A DNA stretch of 64,000 nt. It comes from Malacoraja senta (Eukaryota). This document shows, one piece after another, positions 1 through 12,300 of this stretch. The stretch covers positions 4,156,001 to 4,220,000 of the forward strand of contig CM075998.1 in the NCBI GenBank assembly GCA_038087875.1. Direction: 5' to 3'. Position numbers and translations under genes: made by a program. Below the pieces are notes generated by a model, which worked only from the letters and a program-made list of their open reading frames with translations, ran no database searches and was not told where the DNA came from. Within the stretch, counting starts at the first letter, position 1. Every line of letters starts with the position of its first letter.

Positions 1-361
1 TAGTGGCCAGCTATGAACGAAGCTGCAGAGAGTCAGGGTGGGCAAACGTGCAGGGGATGCCTTTGCCACAATCACGGAAGCTGAGTGTCTTTGGCAAGAA
101 CCATTTCAGTATCCTAACATTGATGGAGATCTGATGGGAAGGATACAAACATGAAGTTTGTGGAAAGGTGGGTGCCAATGAGGGAAGCTGCAATATGTTC
201 AAGAATTTTAGAGAGGAAATGGAGGCTGAATGGTTTGAGCAAACAAAAAGATAAAGGATCTTGGGGTGGGGGGGGGGGGGGGGTGAAGGGGAAGGAAGAA
301 GTACCTGAAGCTAGAGAAGTTGGATGGGCATCAGTTTCATGTGAATAAATTTGACAGTGGC

Positions 362-624
362 AGATGAGGTGAGAAAAAACGTTTTCACCCAGAGAGTTGT
401 GAATTTGTGGAATTCCCTGCCACAGAGGGCAGTGGAGGCCAAGTCACTGGATGGATTTAAGAGAGAGTTAGATAGAGCTCTAGGGGCTAGTGGAATCAAG
501 GGATATGGGGAGAAGGCAGGCACGGGTTATTGATAGGGGACGATCAGCCATGATCACAATGAATGGCGGTGCTGGCTCGAAGGGCCAAATGGCCTCCTCC
601 TGCACCTATTTCTATGTTTCTATG
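362..624 (+). mobile_element. CR1 (HER1-like) LINE 3' end
   Basis: FTQRVVNLWNSLPQ..FKRELD..GIKGYGEKAG* and (tttctatg)n tail. Confidence 0.9.
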
Positions 625-1089
625 AGCCCCATGGGCAAGATGAGCTCGGAGAGATTATTAAGGGAGATGGGAGAGGAATCAAAGAAAGATGGGACTAGAG
701 TACTTGGTGTAACCTAAGTAGTTTGGCCTGATGGGTTGGGGTAAGGACAGTGGCAGCAAACATATACCCCTCACATTTGCTTTTCTTTTAAAGAGATGAA
801 ACGTAGCACCGGGGAATAGGAGTCTATGATCTCCTTTACATTTCAGGCTAAAGTTTGAGTAGTGAGTGCCTTTGACAGACGAGAATAGCTTCCAGCAGAT
901 GCAGCAGCAGCATCAACAACAACAACTGCTTCATCTCCAGAGCAACAGTGCAGGAAGAGGCGAGGGCAAGTACTGTCCCAACAAGCCACAATATAGACCC
1001 AAGGAGACTCAATCCTGACAACACCTCCTGAATGCCAGCAATTTCCCTGATAGGAACACAAAAGCAGAATGCTACAGATTCTGGAAATA

Positions 1090-1289
1090 CAGTGCCTTCC
1101 ATAATGTTTGGGGCAAAGACTCATCATTTATTTATTTGGTGAAACCAAAATGTAGAAAATGGCCTTTAATAAAATCTGACAATGTGCACTTGAACCACAT
1201 GTGATTTTTTTCTATTACAAATCTCAAATTGTGGAGTACAGAGGCAAATAAATACATGGGCCTTTGTCCCAAACGTATGGAGGGCACTG
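1090..1289. mobile_element. Tc1/mariner-type MITE (internal deletion derivative)
   Basis: Imperfect ~45-bp TIRs starting CAGTGCC(T/C)TCCATA, with TA on the left flank. Confidence 0.75.
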
Positions 1290-1449
1290 AATTCTGGAAA
1301 TCATCAGAAATTCAGACAGCAACTGCAGAGAGAGAATAGCAGTCCAAGTTTTGAGTCGCTTTTGTTACATCAGAAGATGGCCATTAAAGCCGAGGACGGC
1401 AGTAATTTTAGTTCTGGGCGTGCAGATGACATCGCTGGCATCAGATCGC

Positions 1450-3100
1450 CCTTCCTCAGAGTGAACCCGTGGGATGCAAGTGGCCCTGGCGTGACCTCAG
1501 TACAACTGGCAGAAGTATCCATGGACATCTATAACCTCATCCTTCAATCCGAGGTTCCTATCATTGAGAAAAGCACAATCATTCCAGTGCCAAAACAAGT
1601 TAGCGTACCTTGATGACTACCTTGCGATAGCTCTGACATCTATCGTCGTGAAGTGCTTTGAGAGGTTGGTCATGGCGCACGTCAACTCCATTGACCCAGA
1701 GAGTCTTGATCCACTGAATAAAGCTTTGCCTTCAACACCATAATCTCAACCAAACTCATCTTCAACTCTGGAGCGAGGAGACCGCATCCTCTTCTGCCGC
1801 TGGATGCTTGATTTCCTGACTCGTAGAGACCACAATCAGCAAGGATGGAGCATCCTCAACAGCAACACCCCGCAAGGATGCATTCCCAACCCCTTAAAAT
1901 ACTCCACACTCACTCACGATTGTGCGGCCAAATTCTGCTCTAACTCTGTTTACACGTTGGCAGGTGACGCCAGCGTAGCGGGCAGATCACGAACAATGAC
2001 AAGACGGAGTATGGAAAAGAGATAGAGAACTTTGTAGCATGGTGTCAGGATGACAACCTCTCCCTCAATGTCACCAAAACATTGTGGGAAAGGTTGACTT
2101 AGTTATTAACTTCAGGAGGTGAGGAGGAGTACATGTCCGAATAAGCATCGATGGTGCCGAAGTGAAGATGGTAGTGAGCTTCCTCGGTGTAACCTTCAGC
2201 AACGATTTGTACTGGACCAACCGCATTGATGCTACGGCCACAAAAGCAAACCAATGCCTGTACTTCCTCAGAATATTAAGGAAGCTTGGCATGTTCCCAG
2301 CTTCTGCAGATGCACCATGAAAAGCATGCTATCGGGATGCATCACGGCTTGGCTTGGGAACAGCTCGGTTCAAGACTATATGAAATTGCACAGAGATGTG
2401 GTTGTAGCCCAGTCCATCACACAGATTAGCCTCCCCACCATTGAATCCATCTACGCTTCACGCTGCCTTGGAAAAGCAGTGAACATAAAGACCTTTATTA
2501 CAAAAAGCTGGATTAACTCCTCTTCAGTATTCAGTGGATCAAGACAGGCAGCATCTCTGGAGAGAAGGAATGGGTGACGTTTCGGGTTGAAACCCTTCTT
2601 CAGTCTCGATCCGAAACGTCACCCATTCCTTCTCTCCGGAGATGCTGCCTGTCCCGCTGAGTTACCCCAGCCTTTTGTGTCAATGTTCGATTTAAACCAG
2701 CATCTGCAGTTCCTTCACACACAAGACCTTTTTTCACATCAGGTCATCACCTCTTCTCCCATCTTCCATTGGGCAGAAGATAGAAAAGCTTGAAAGTACG
2801 CACCACCAGACTCAGACCAGCTTCTTGCTCACTGTTATCAGATTACTGAAAGGTCCTCCAACAAGCTGCGGGTGTCGTCCCGATCTTCCAACCTACCTCA
2901 TTGTGGACCTTGGGCTTTTCTCCACAACTGTAACACTTTCATGCTGTAACATTCTATTCTGCATACTGGTACTTATCTCTTTGCACTAGATGTTGTACTT
3001 GTGCACAGCGTAATTTTATTCATGTCTGGTATGATTTGCTTTGACTGAGAGCATGCAAACAAAAAGCTTTTCACAGTATCTCATACACATGACAATAATA
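1450..3100 (+). mobile_element. Degenerate Rex1/Babar-like LINE, RT region to 3' end
   Basis: Fragments KSTIIPVPK, PQGC, ADD-like and SMLSGCITAWLGN..AQSITQISLPTIESIY..RCLGKA, with many stops and frameshifts. Confidence 0.75.
2497..2722. mobile_element. Palindromic Penelope pLTR derivative
   Basis: Inverted arms meeting near the hammerhead. TSD aagaccttt 2488-2496 / 2723-2731, inside a Rex1-like LINE. Confidence 0.8.
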
Positions 3101-3109
3101 AACCGGTAC

Positions 3110-3890
3110 GAGCTTCAAGTTTCTAGGCGTAAATATCACCAACATTTTGTACTGGTCCAACCATGTTGATGCAGCGTCCAAGAAAGCACACCAACGCCTC
3201 TACTTCCTCAGAAGACTAAGGAAATTCGACATGTCTCCAATGACTCTTATCATTTCTACGGCTGCGATATAGAAAGCAGCCTGCACAAATTCGTCACAGC
3301 TTGGCATGGCAACGGCTCTGCCCAAGACCACAAGAAATGAGAGAGAGTTGAGGACGTAGTCCAGTTCATCAAGCAAAGCAGCCTCTCCCCGCACCATTGA
3401 CTTTATCGACACTTCGCGCTGTCTCGAGAAAGCAGGCAACATGATCAAGGAGCAATCACATCCTGGTCAGCCTCTCTTCTTCCCTCTTCCATCGGGCAGA
3501 AGATAAAGAAGCTTGAAAGCATGTACCACCAGATTCAAGAACGGACTGTTATCTGGACCTCTCATATGCTCGGGATAAATTCCCAAATCTTCCATTTTCC
3601 TTGTTGTGGCCATTGCACAAATCTGGGATTTCTCCGCAGCTGTAACACTATATCTGAAGACGGGTCTCGACCCGAAACGTTGCCCATTCCTTCTCTCCAG
3701 AGATGCTGCCTGCCCGCCGAGTTCTCCAGCATTTTGTGTCCACCTTCGATTTAAACCAGCATCTGCGGTTCTTTCCTGAACATTATATTTATTTTCTCTT
3801 TGCACAACCTTCTTGTACTCATGCATGGAGTAAGCATGTCTAATAGCATGCAGATTTTCACTGTATCTCGGTACACATGACATTAAACTG
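3110..3890 (+). mobile_element. Second Rex1/Babar-like LINE 3' fragment
   Basis: KKAHQRLYFLRRLRKF motif, homologous to 2175-3100. Confidence 0.75.
3654..3778 (+). mobile_element. Solo Penelope pLTR end starting at the hammerhead core CTGAAGA
   Basis: TSD aaca(c/t)tatat 3644-3653 / 3779-3788. Confidence 0.8.
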
Positions 3891-4221
3891 ATACCAGTAC
3901 CAATTAGGTTGCAACTCTTTACAGTATTTTCTGTAAGCCTAAGTACCATTCTGCACTGTTTCTTATCATGCCCTCGTTGATGATTAATACATCTGCTAAG
4001 AATTGTACAGTTTCTTTGTGACCCAGTTCCTTTGAAATATATTAGCCAATGAAAGATTCATCATATTCTCTGATGGAAAGTTCAATGGACGTTCCTGATA
4101 TTTTAAAACTTTTCCTTAACCTATCTGGAATAAATTTGACTCCAGCTGTTAAATGGCACACAAGATTATTAAAATTAACTTTTTTCAGGAATTATGTAAA
4201 ACACTTACATCTTTTTGGCCA

Positions 4222-4422
4222 CGGAAGGCAGTGGAGGCCGATTCACTGGATGTTTTCATGAGAGAGTTAGATATAGTTCTGAGGGCTAACGGAATCAAGG
4301 GATATGGGGAGAAGGCAGGAACGGGGTACTGATTGGGGATGATCAGCCATGATCATATTGAATGGCGGTGCTGGCTCGAAGGGCTGGATGGCCTACTCCT
4401 GCGTCTATTGTCTATGTTTCTA
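4222..4422 (+). mobile_element. CR1 3' end
   Basis: Same 3' UTR and tail. Confidence 0.85.
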
Positions 4423-4478
4423 TTTTTCCATTCCCATTCTATTTTTCCGTTCCCATTCTATTTTTCCGTTCCCATTCT
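4418..4478. repeat. 19-bp tandem repeat x3 at a CR1 tail
   Basis: Unit ttctatttttcc(a/g)ttccca. Confidence 0.9.
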
Positions 4479-5023
4479 TGAAGCAGCCACAAAGATATAA
4501 ACCTGGATTTTGTAGTTCCAAATGTTCTTCCCAGTGGCACGTTATCTTAACTTAAGCTGTTCCTTCTTCTCCGGGTTGAAATCTTATAGCTCCCATCCAG
4601 CGGCCCTTTGAGGATGCCATCACCCAGACTACAAGGGTTCAGAATCTCAGCTCCACACCAACTTTTGACAGCCATTTAGGAATGAGCCTTGCTAGTGACT
4701 TCCAGGCCCCGAGAAGAAGGCTTCAGGGAGTTAGATGTGCAAATGTGCCTGCGTCATCATGCTATGGGTCAACCAGAGGCAAACATTGTATGAAAAAGTA
4801 ATTTTACCGAAAATCATCTCATTAGTGCTTCCATGTTGAACTTCATGAGCTGAAAAGTCAAGAGAGCAACTCTTTCCAGTTTTGCAAGTATTTTAGGACA
4901 TCTTTCAAAGGTTCATAGGGTCAGTTTATTGACACATGTACCAATTAAGGGGCAGTGAAACTCGAATTGCCATACAGCCATCCTAAAAAAAAGCAACAAG
5001 ACACACAACTACTTCAAAGTTAA

Positions 5024-5205
5024 AGAAGGAACTGCAGATGCTGGAAAATCGAAGGTACACAAAAATGCTGGAGAAACTCAGCGGGTGCAGCAGCATCTAT
5101 GGAGCGAAGGAAATAGGCAACGTTTTGGGCCGAAACGTTGCCTATTTCCTTCGCTCCATAGATGCTGCTGCACCCGCTGAGTTTCTCCAGCATTTTTGTG
5201 TACCT
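5024..5205. mobile_element. Palindromic Penelope pLTR derivative
   Basis: Arms invert at gcaacgttttgggccgaaacgttgc. TSD tac(t/a)tcaaagttaa 5010-5023 / 5206-5219. Confidence 0.85.
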
Positions 5206-5543
5206 TACATCAAAGTTAACATCAACATCCACCACAGCGGATTCCCCACATTCCTCACTGTGATGGGAGGCAATAAAGTCCAATCTTCTTCCCTCTGCAT
5301 TCTCCCGCGGTCTGGGCAGTCGAACCATCCGCAGTCGGGGAGATCGAAGCCCCCGCGTCGGGACTGTCGAAGCTTGTCCCACATTGGAAAATATTTCTCC
5401 TTTTCAGTGGGATTTTTTATTCTCCCTAACCCTTTTTATGCTGTAAAACTCTGCCCAAATGACTTCAAGAGCAGTGCTGCATGCAATATTTGTCAGTGGT
5501 AAGGTTTACGACTTTAATATGAAAAATGGTGATTCTTACTTAA

Positions 5544-5831
5544 ACCTCCTGTCCCACGGTACGTGTTCATTCCAAGAGCTCTCCCCAAGTTTGCCCTGAT
5601 TCGAACTCGGAGATTTACGGTTGAAAAAGATTTTCATGTCGAAAAATCTTCACGAGTCTTCCCGTGCTTACCTGCTGTTAGCGAGTCTTCCCGAGTACCT
5701 GCTGTTAGCGCTAAGAGACGTCCCCAAGCTCCGACGTACCCGCTACGTTCATTCTCCGTGCTTACCACGAGTTTGATTTTTTTAAAATTCGGGAGAGCTC
5801 TTGGAATGAACTCGTACCGTGGGACAGGGCT
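5544..5831. mobile_element. MITE, possibly PIF/Harbinger-like
   Basis: ~45-bp TIRs cctgtcccacggtacg(t/a)gttcattccaagagctctccc. Superfamily assignment is tentative. Confidence 0.7.
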
Positions 5832-6078
5832 ATTGCTCTGAAAAGAACTCGTTTTTTTTGAAAAACACTTTCTCTCTGAAATTGTTTTGTATAAAGGGCC
5901 AGCACGCAAACTGCATTCTCTGCCCTCACTGAGATCCTGCAACTCAAGTGCAGCTTCACAAGTGTACCTGGGACTGCTTTGTCTGTAGAAGTCAGGCTTA
6001 TGGCGAATGTCAGCCTTCTAAACTCCATTCCAAGCTGCTGCTGCTGCTAATCTCTGTCACATCTCTCACTTCATTGGG

Positions 6079-6518
6079 ATAGAAACATAGAAACATAGAA
6101 AATAGGTGCAGGAGTAGGCCATTCGGCCCTTCGAGCCTGCACCGCCATTCAATATGATCATGGCTGATCATCCAACTCAGTATCCTGTACCTGCCTTCTC
6201 TCCATACCCCCTGATCCCTTTATCCACAAGGGCCACATCTAACTCCCTCTTAAATATAGCCAATGAACTGGCCTCAACTACCTTCTGTGGCAGAGAATTC
6301 CACAGATTCACCACTCTCTGTGTGAAAAAAAATATTCTCATCTCGGTCCTGAAAGACTTCCCCCTTATCCTTAAACTGTGACCCCTTGTTCTGGACTTCC
6401 CCAACATCGGGAACAATCTTCCTGCATCTAGCCTGTCCAACCCCTTAAGAAATTTTGTAAGTTTCTATAAGATCCTCCCTCAATCTTCTAAATTCTAGCG
6501 AGTACAAGCCGAGTCTAT
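6079..6518 (-). mobile_element. CR1 3' end
   Basis: ORF 6177-6440 with TRGHSLRI..FFTQRVVNLWNSLP. Confidence 0.9.
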
Positions 6519-6938
6519 CGATGTCCCCCAAACTCCACACTCAGAGAGGAGAACTCCATCATCTTTGTATCCAGCCCCCAAGAGCAGGCAGTGTGACCAC
6601 AGTCATTTATCTCTACTGCAGGCTTCCGCAGAGTACAGGCATTCAGAGACTATGTATCTCCCCACAGAGACCTCCCCACCGGGCTGTTGTTCAGGAGGGT
6701 GCCTCTGGTGCCTGATACAAACACAATTGCTGCTGTCCGTGTTTCTCTGATGCCCAGGAGCATGCAGTCATCCCCTCCCATCATTGCACCGTCATTCATT
6801 CCGCTGCGACCCTTCCCTGTATCTCAAAGGCTGTTGCTCATACTGCGGCCTGTCCCTTTAAGAGCGGGCAGTAAAATTGCACCTGTGGGGGCTGCATGCT
6901 GAGAATCGGGGGGGGGACAGACAATGTTGAAAGCAGCA

Positions 6939-7349
6939 AAGGTAGACAAAATGCTGGAGAAACTTAGCGGGTGAGGCAGCATCTATGGAGCGAAGGAATA
7001 GGTGACGTTTCGGGTCGAGACCTTGTCGCACGTTCGGTGTCCAGACCCAACGGGTCTGCACTTGGTCTCTGTCTCTCTCTCTCCCCATGGAGAGAGAGAG
7101 ATAAGGGAGAGAGAGAAGGGAGAGAGAGAAAGGTGAGGGAGAGAATGGGGAGAGAGAGAATGGGGAGAGAGAGAGAGAGAGAGACCAAGTGCAGACCCGT
7201 TGGGTCTGGACACCGAACGTGCGACAAGGGTCTCGACCCGAAACGTCACCTATTCCTTCGCTCCATAGATGCTGCCTCACCCGCTGAGTTTCTCCAGCAT
7301 TTTTGTCTACCTTCGATTTTTCCAGCATCTGCAGTTCCTTCTTCAACAA
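6939..7349. mobile_element. Palindromic Penelope pLTR derivative enclosing a foreign 49-bp inverted repeat and GA-rich loop
   Basis: Arms about 6939-7088 and 7160-7313. TSD gttgaaagcagca 6926-6938 / 7350-7362. Confidence 0.85.
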
Positions 7350-7570
7350 GTTGAAAGCAGCAGTCACTTTCAGGATGGCATTGCACGGGGGATCCCGATG
7401 GCACCATGACTTCTCGTTTAAGTTCTCAATCCCGACTTGACTTTCACAAGCAATGTTTGGGTGACCAACTACCCTGTTTTAACGCTCAAGGGAAAGCGTG
7501 AAGCAATTGCTTTAGGCATGATTGTCAATACTACCCGTAAAATGTAGGTCCAAGCAGTCCTTCAAGTTAA

Positions 7571-8206
7571 AGGCCCGTCTCACGAGTCTGCGGTCATTGG
7601 CGGCGAAACGGGAAGAATCTACCGCTCCTGGGCCGCCATAGACCGCGCACTCGTGAGAACGCACAATTCCAGGGCCGTGCGGCGTTGTTCCCAACACCGC
7701 ACGGTGCTAAAATAAAACCTACACTGTTCAAAAATATTTTCCTACCGCACAGCCTCCACCAGTGATGCACGAGTGCGGCACGGCCGCCGCCACAGCCGCC
7801 GCCAGTGTGGCTCGAGTGCGGCACGGCCGCCGCCACAGCCGCCGCCAGTGTGGCTCGAGCGCCGTGCGTCGAACTTGCACCGTCACAGCCTCCGCCAGTG
7901 AGGCACGTGTGCGGCACGGCCGCCGGCACAGCCACCGCTACAGCGCCGCGATCAGGACGGCCGCCGCCACAGCCGCCGCTAGTGAGTCACGTGCGGCGGG
8001 CCGACGTCATCGCAGTCGGCCCGCCCTTTTTTTAACTTACCGCAAGCACGTGGGACCAGCCGTATTTAAATCACTCGGCCCCCGCGCAGCATCCGTGCGG
8101 CGCTCCCGTGGCATAGGCTCGGCGCTCTCGCCGTTGCCGTGCGGTCCACTCTACAGGCGAAGCCGCGCTTCACCGCCGATGACCGCAACACCGTAAGACA
8201 GAGCCT
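7571..8206. mobile_element. GC/CpG-rich non-autonomous DNA element, possibly Harbinger-like, with internal 43-bp tandem repeat
   Basis: Imperfect TIRs aggcccgtctcacg..gcggtcattggcggcgaa and aggctctgtcttacg..gcggtcatcggcggtgaa. TAA on the left. Repeat units at 7770 and 7813 plus degenerate copies. Confidence 0.65.
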
Positions 8207-8370
8207 GTAGTGTGTTATCTACAGACACCTCCTATGCTCAATAGAATTAATTGTATCAGGTTTTTAAAAAAAATCCCTTTTGCAACATATTATTGGTTAT
8301 CTTCCTTTGCCAATAGATTTCTTAATTTTTGGTTGCGACTTGCATATGAACCATATCCTACAACGGATGT

Positions 8371-8495
8371 CTGAAGAAGGGTTTTGGCCCGAAACGTTGC
8401 CTATTTCCTTCGCTTCATAGATGCTGCCTCACCCGCTGAGTTTCTCCAGCATTTTTGTCTACCTTCGATTTTCCAGCATCTGCAGTTCCTTCTTG
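8371..8495 (+). mobile_element. Solo Penelope pLTR end starting at the hammerhead core
   Basis: Begins ctgaagaagggttttggcccgaaacgttgcc. TSD aacggatgt 8362-8370 / 8496-8504. Confidence 0.85.
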
Positions 8496-8689
8496 AACGG
8501 ATGTATATTTCTTTGGGTTAATATAACCTTTGAGAGGACAAAGAGGAATGCTTGAGGACCAGAACAGCCTGGATTGTCCTCTCTCTTTAGCCCAGGACCT
8601 CTGTTACATTGCTCCTTGTGAAGCTGGATGTGCCAAAAGGCACCTCTCTTACTACCCCTTGCTTCGAGACAGACTCGTGCTGTTAACAG

Positions 8690-8886
8690 GAAGAGCGGTG
8701 AGTCTGTGGAATTCTCTGCCTCAGAGGGCGGTGGAGGCAGGTTCTCTGGATGCTTTCAAGAGAGAGCTAGATAGGGCTCTTAAAAATAGCAGAGTCAGGG
8801 GATATGGGGAGAAGGCAGGAACAGGGTACTGATTGGGGACGATCAGCCATGATCACATTGAATGGTGCTGGCTCGAAGGGCCAAAT
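8690..8886 (+). mobile_element. CR1 3' end cut by the gap
   Basis: LWNSLPQRAVEAGSLDAFKRELD motif. Confidence 0.85.
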
Positions 8887-9086
8887 NNNNNNNNNNNNNN
8901 NNNNNNNNNNNNNNNNNNNNNNNNNNNNNNNNNNNNNNNNNNNNNNNNNNNNNNNNNNNNNNNNNNNNNNNNNNNNNNNNNNNNNNNNNNNNNNNNNNNN
9001 NNNNNNNNNNNNNNNNNNNNNNNNNNNNNNNNNNNNNNNNNNNNNNNNNNNNNNNNNNNNNNNNNNNNNNNNNNNNNNNNNNNNNN
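8887..9086. other. Assembly gap (200 N)
   Basis: Run of 200 N, truncating a CR1 tail on its left. Confidence 1.
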
Positions 9087-9355
9087 AATGTGTCTGAAGT
9101 TGCTTTTCTCTTTTTGCGTACATCTTTTTAATGGCTGATTTTCAGTCATCCACGTTCTCTTCTTTTGGCATCCTCACTGGCTGCCCTGGAGAGGTCTTGC
9201 CTCAGTGTCTTTTTGCACGGAAAATCCATGTGCAGCGACATTCCCCTAACGCAGCGGGACATTGCGCTTCTAACACTAGCAATGTTTGTTCTTTTGTTGG
9301 TGGTGTCTTTCTAATGTGACCAATGGTCCAGTGCTTAGTCAATGTATTACTTTGA

Positions 9356-9529
<174 letters not shown>

Positions 9530-9853
9530 TAAGCTATGCAATGAACTAACTGTTCAGAAGAACCGAATTTTCATAAAATATTGTTCCATAAATAGATTTG
9601 TTATTGACCGTATTTATCGAGCAAATCATTATTTACCTGTGCGCATTAGTTCATTCCTCTCCTCAAAGTAAGAAAATGTGAGAAGGTGCTCCTGATTAGA
9701 TTGGTGTGAGTGGTTGTCAAAACGGGGCCCGAAACGTTGCCTATTTCCTTCGCTCCATAGATGCTGGTGGCTTTGGCCTGATTGGAAGCAAACTGAGCAA
9801 ACAGCCTCTCAGCATCTCACCAATCAGCCCATGTCATAGATACATAGAAAATA

Positions 9854-9996
9854 GGTAGACAAAAGTGCTGGAGAAACTCAGCGGGTGCAGCAGCATCTAT
9901 GGAGCGAAGGAAATAGGCAACATTTCGTCCTGAAACGTTGCCTATTTCCTTCGCTCCATAGATGCTGCTGCACCCGCTGAGTTTCTCCAGCATTTT
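9854..9996. mobile_element. Palindromic Penelope pLTR derivative
   Basis: Inverted arms joined at ggcaacatttcgtcctgaaacgttgcc. Confidence 0.8.
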
Positions 9997-11265
9997 CCTT
10001 TGCCGTCATTGAGCACAGTCAACTGTCCTCCAGTTAATTTCGAGTCAGCAAATGACTTGGGAAAGATGGGGTTGGGGGGGGGAGTGCAGTGAAAGCAAGG
10101 GGACAGTTTTATTTGTCACCCGCTCCCTTGCATCCATTTTGATTCAGAACTGGAATTTGTCAGATGGTCTTTGGGGAGAGAGAGAGAACGAGAGATAGAA
10201 AAGAGTTAATGGTTCAGGTCTTTCACGGGACAGTTGCCTGACCTGATTATATCCCACATTTTCGGTTTTCATTTCAGATTTCCAGCAAATGTGGTATTTC
10301 AATTCCTCCATTCGGCGTTCTGTGTCTGAATGTGTCCTGTTTGAAGGCCAATACCTCCAAATGAAAAATGTTCTCTGAAACATCCTCAACCTTTATCTTA
10401 GTTTGTCATTTGTTTTGTTTGTAAATCACTAAAAATCGGATCGTGTGGTAGTGTGTACCTCATTGTGTGCAATGCAATCCATTTTCTTGGTTAGAAAGCA
10501 TAAATGGAAATTGGAGACTTTCGTGATGAATTGTGGGCCCTGACATTTTCCACAACCTTACTCCTGGAGATAAAAAATAGGAGTAGGCGCAAGGGACTGA
10601 ATGGCCTACACCTGCTCTTATTTCTTATATCCAGAAGTAAGGTTGTGGAAAATTGATCTGCCAACAGTCATAAAACACAAGATGTCCCTTACCTCAGAGC
10701 CACTTCCCTGCACCCACACTATATCCCTTGAAAGATGTACAACGCGTGACCCTTCAGACCTGTTCTGCCATTTACGATACGATATGGTGCGATACGATAG
10801 AACTTTATTTATCCCGGGAGGGAAATTGATCTGCCTACGGTCATAAAAACACAAAATACACGAAACATGAAATCTTTAGTGACGAGTGCAAATGATTGGG
10901 GGTGTGCAACGATTAGGGAGGGGAAGGGAGGTGGGGGGGGGGGGGAGAAGGGGTCAGTCTACCCCACGACAGAAGGGAGAGGAGTTGTACAGTTTGATAG
11001 CCACAGGGAAGAAGGATCTCCTGTGGCGTTCTGTACTGCATCTTAGTGGAACCAGTCTGTTGCTGAAGATACTCCTCAGGTCGACCAGTGTGTCATGGAG
11101 GTGTCATTTGATAAAATCATGACCAACCTGATTGTAACTTCAACTCCACGTTCCCATCTCCCCAGGGTAGCTTTTTCACTTCCTTGCTTACCAGGTATCC
11201 TTGTATCGCTGCCTTAATCTCCACCCACCTGCCTCTCCCTATCTTATCTTATCACATCACATCAC

Positions 11266-11862
11266 ATTAGATAGAGCTCCAGGGGCTAGTGGAGTCAAGG
11301 GATATGGGGAGAAGGCAGGCACGGGTTATTGATAGGGGACGATCAACCTTGATCACAATGAATGGCGGTGCTGGCTCGAAGGGCCGATTGGCCTCCTCCT
11401 GCACCTATTTTCTATGGTTCTATGTTTCTATAGACTCGGCTTGTACTTGCTGGAATTTAGAAGATTGAGGGGGGATCTTATAGAAACTTACAAAATTCTT
11501 AAGGGATTGGACAGGCTAGATGCAGGAAGATTGTTCCTGATGTTGGGGAAGTCCAGAACAAGGGGTCACAGTTTAAGGATAAAGGGGAAATCTTTTATGA
11601 CTGAGATGAGAAAAACATTTTTTACACAGAGAGTGGTGAATCTGTGGAATTCTCTGCCACAGAAGGTAGTTGAGGCCAGTTCATTGGCTATATTTAAGAG
11701 GGAGTTAGATGTGGCCCTTGTGGCTAAAGGGATCAGGGGGTATGGAGAGAAGGCAGGTACAGGATACTGAGTTGGATGATCAGCCATGATCATATTGAAT
11801 GGCGGTGCAGGCTCGAAGGGCCGAATGGCCTACTCCTGCACCTATTGTCTATGTTTCTATGT
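11266..11862 (+). mobile_element. Two tandem CR1 3' ends
   Basis: First tail ends about 11430. The second has RRLRGDLIETYKI..TRGH..LWNSLP. Confidence 0.9.
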
Positions 11863-12091
11863 TTACCACCAGCCCCCAAAACCCAAGCCTGGGCTCCAAA
11901 CAAACCTGATTCCCTTTGTGACAGGAAAAGGACTTAAACCTTCCAAATTCTAGGTACCTGATCCTTTTATCTCCTCCTCTGCATGTGTACCTCTGGCATG
12001 TGGTTCTGTCAAAGTCATAAATATCGGATGACCATAAATGCTAGAGGGCAAACATAAGGTGACACAAGGTGAGGAGTCAAGAGTACTTGAG

Positions 12092-12300
12092 TCAGTGAAG
12101 ATAGACACAAAATGCTGGAGTAACTCAGCGGGACAGGCAGCATCTCTGGAGAGAAGGAATGGGTGACGTTTCGGATCGGGACTCGACCCGAAACGTCACC
12201 CATTCCTTCTCTCCAGAGATGCTGCCTGTCCCGCTGAGTTACTCCAGCATTTTGTGTCTATCTTCGATTTAAACCAGCATCTGCAGTTCTTTCCTGCACA
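12092..12300. mobile_element. Palindromic Penelope pLTR derivative
   Basis: ~75-bp near-perfect arms. TSD tacttgag 12084-12091 / 12301-12308. Confidence 0.85.

Noticed and set aside
8767..9149. ORFs with long X runs
   Set aside because: Artefacts of the N gap.
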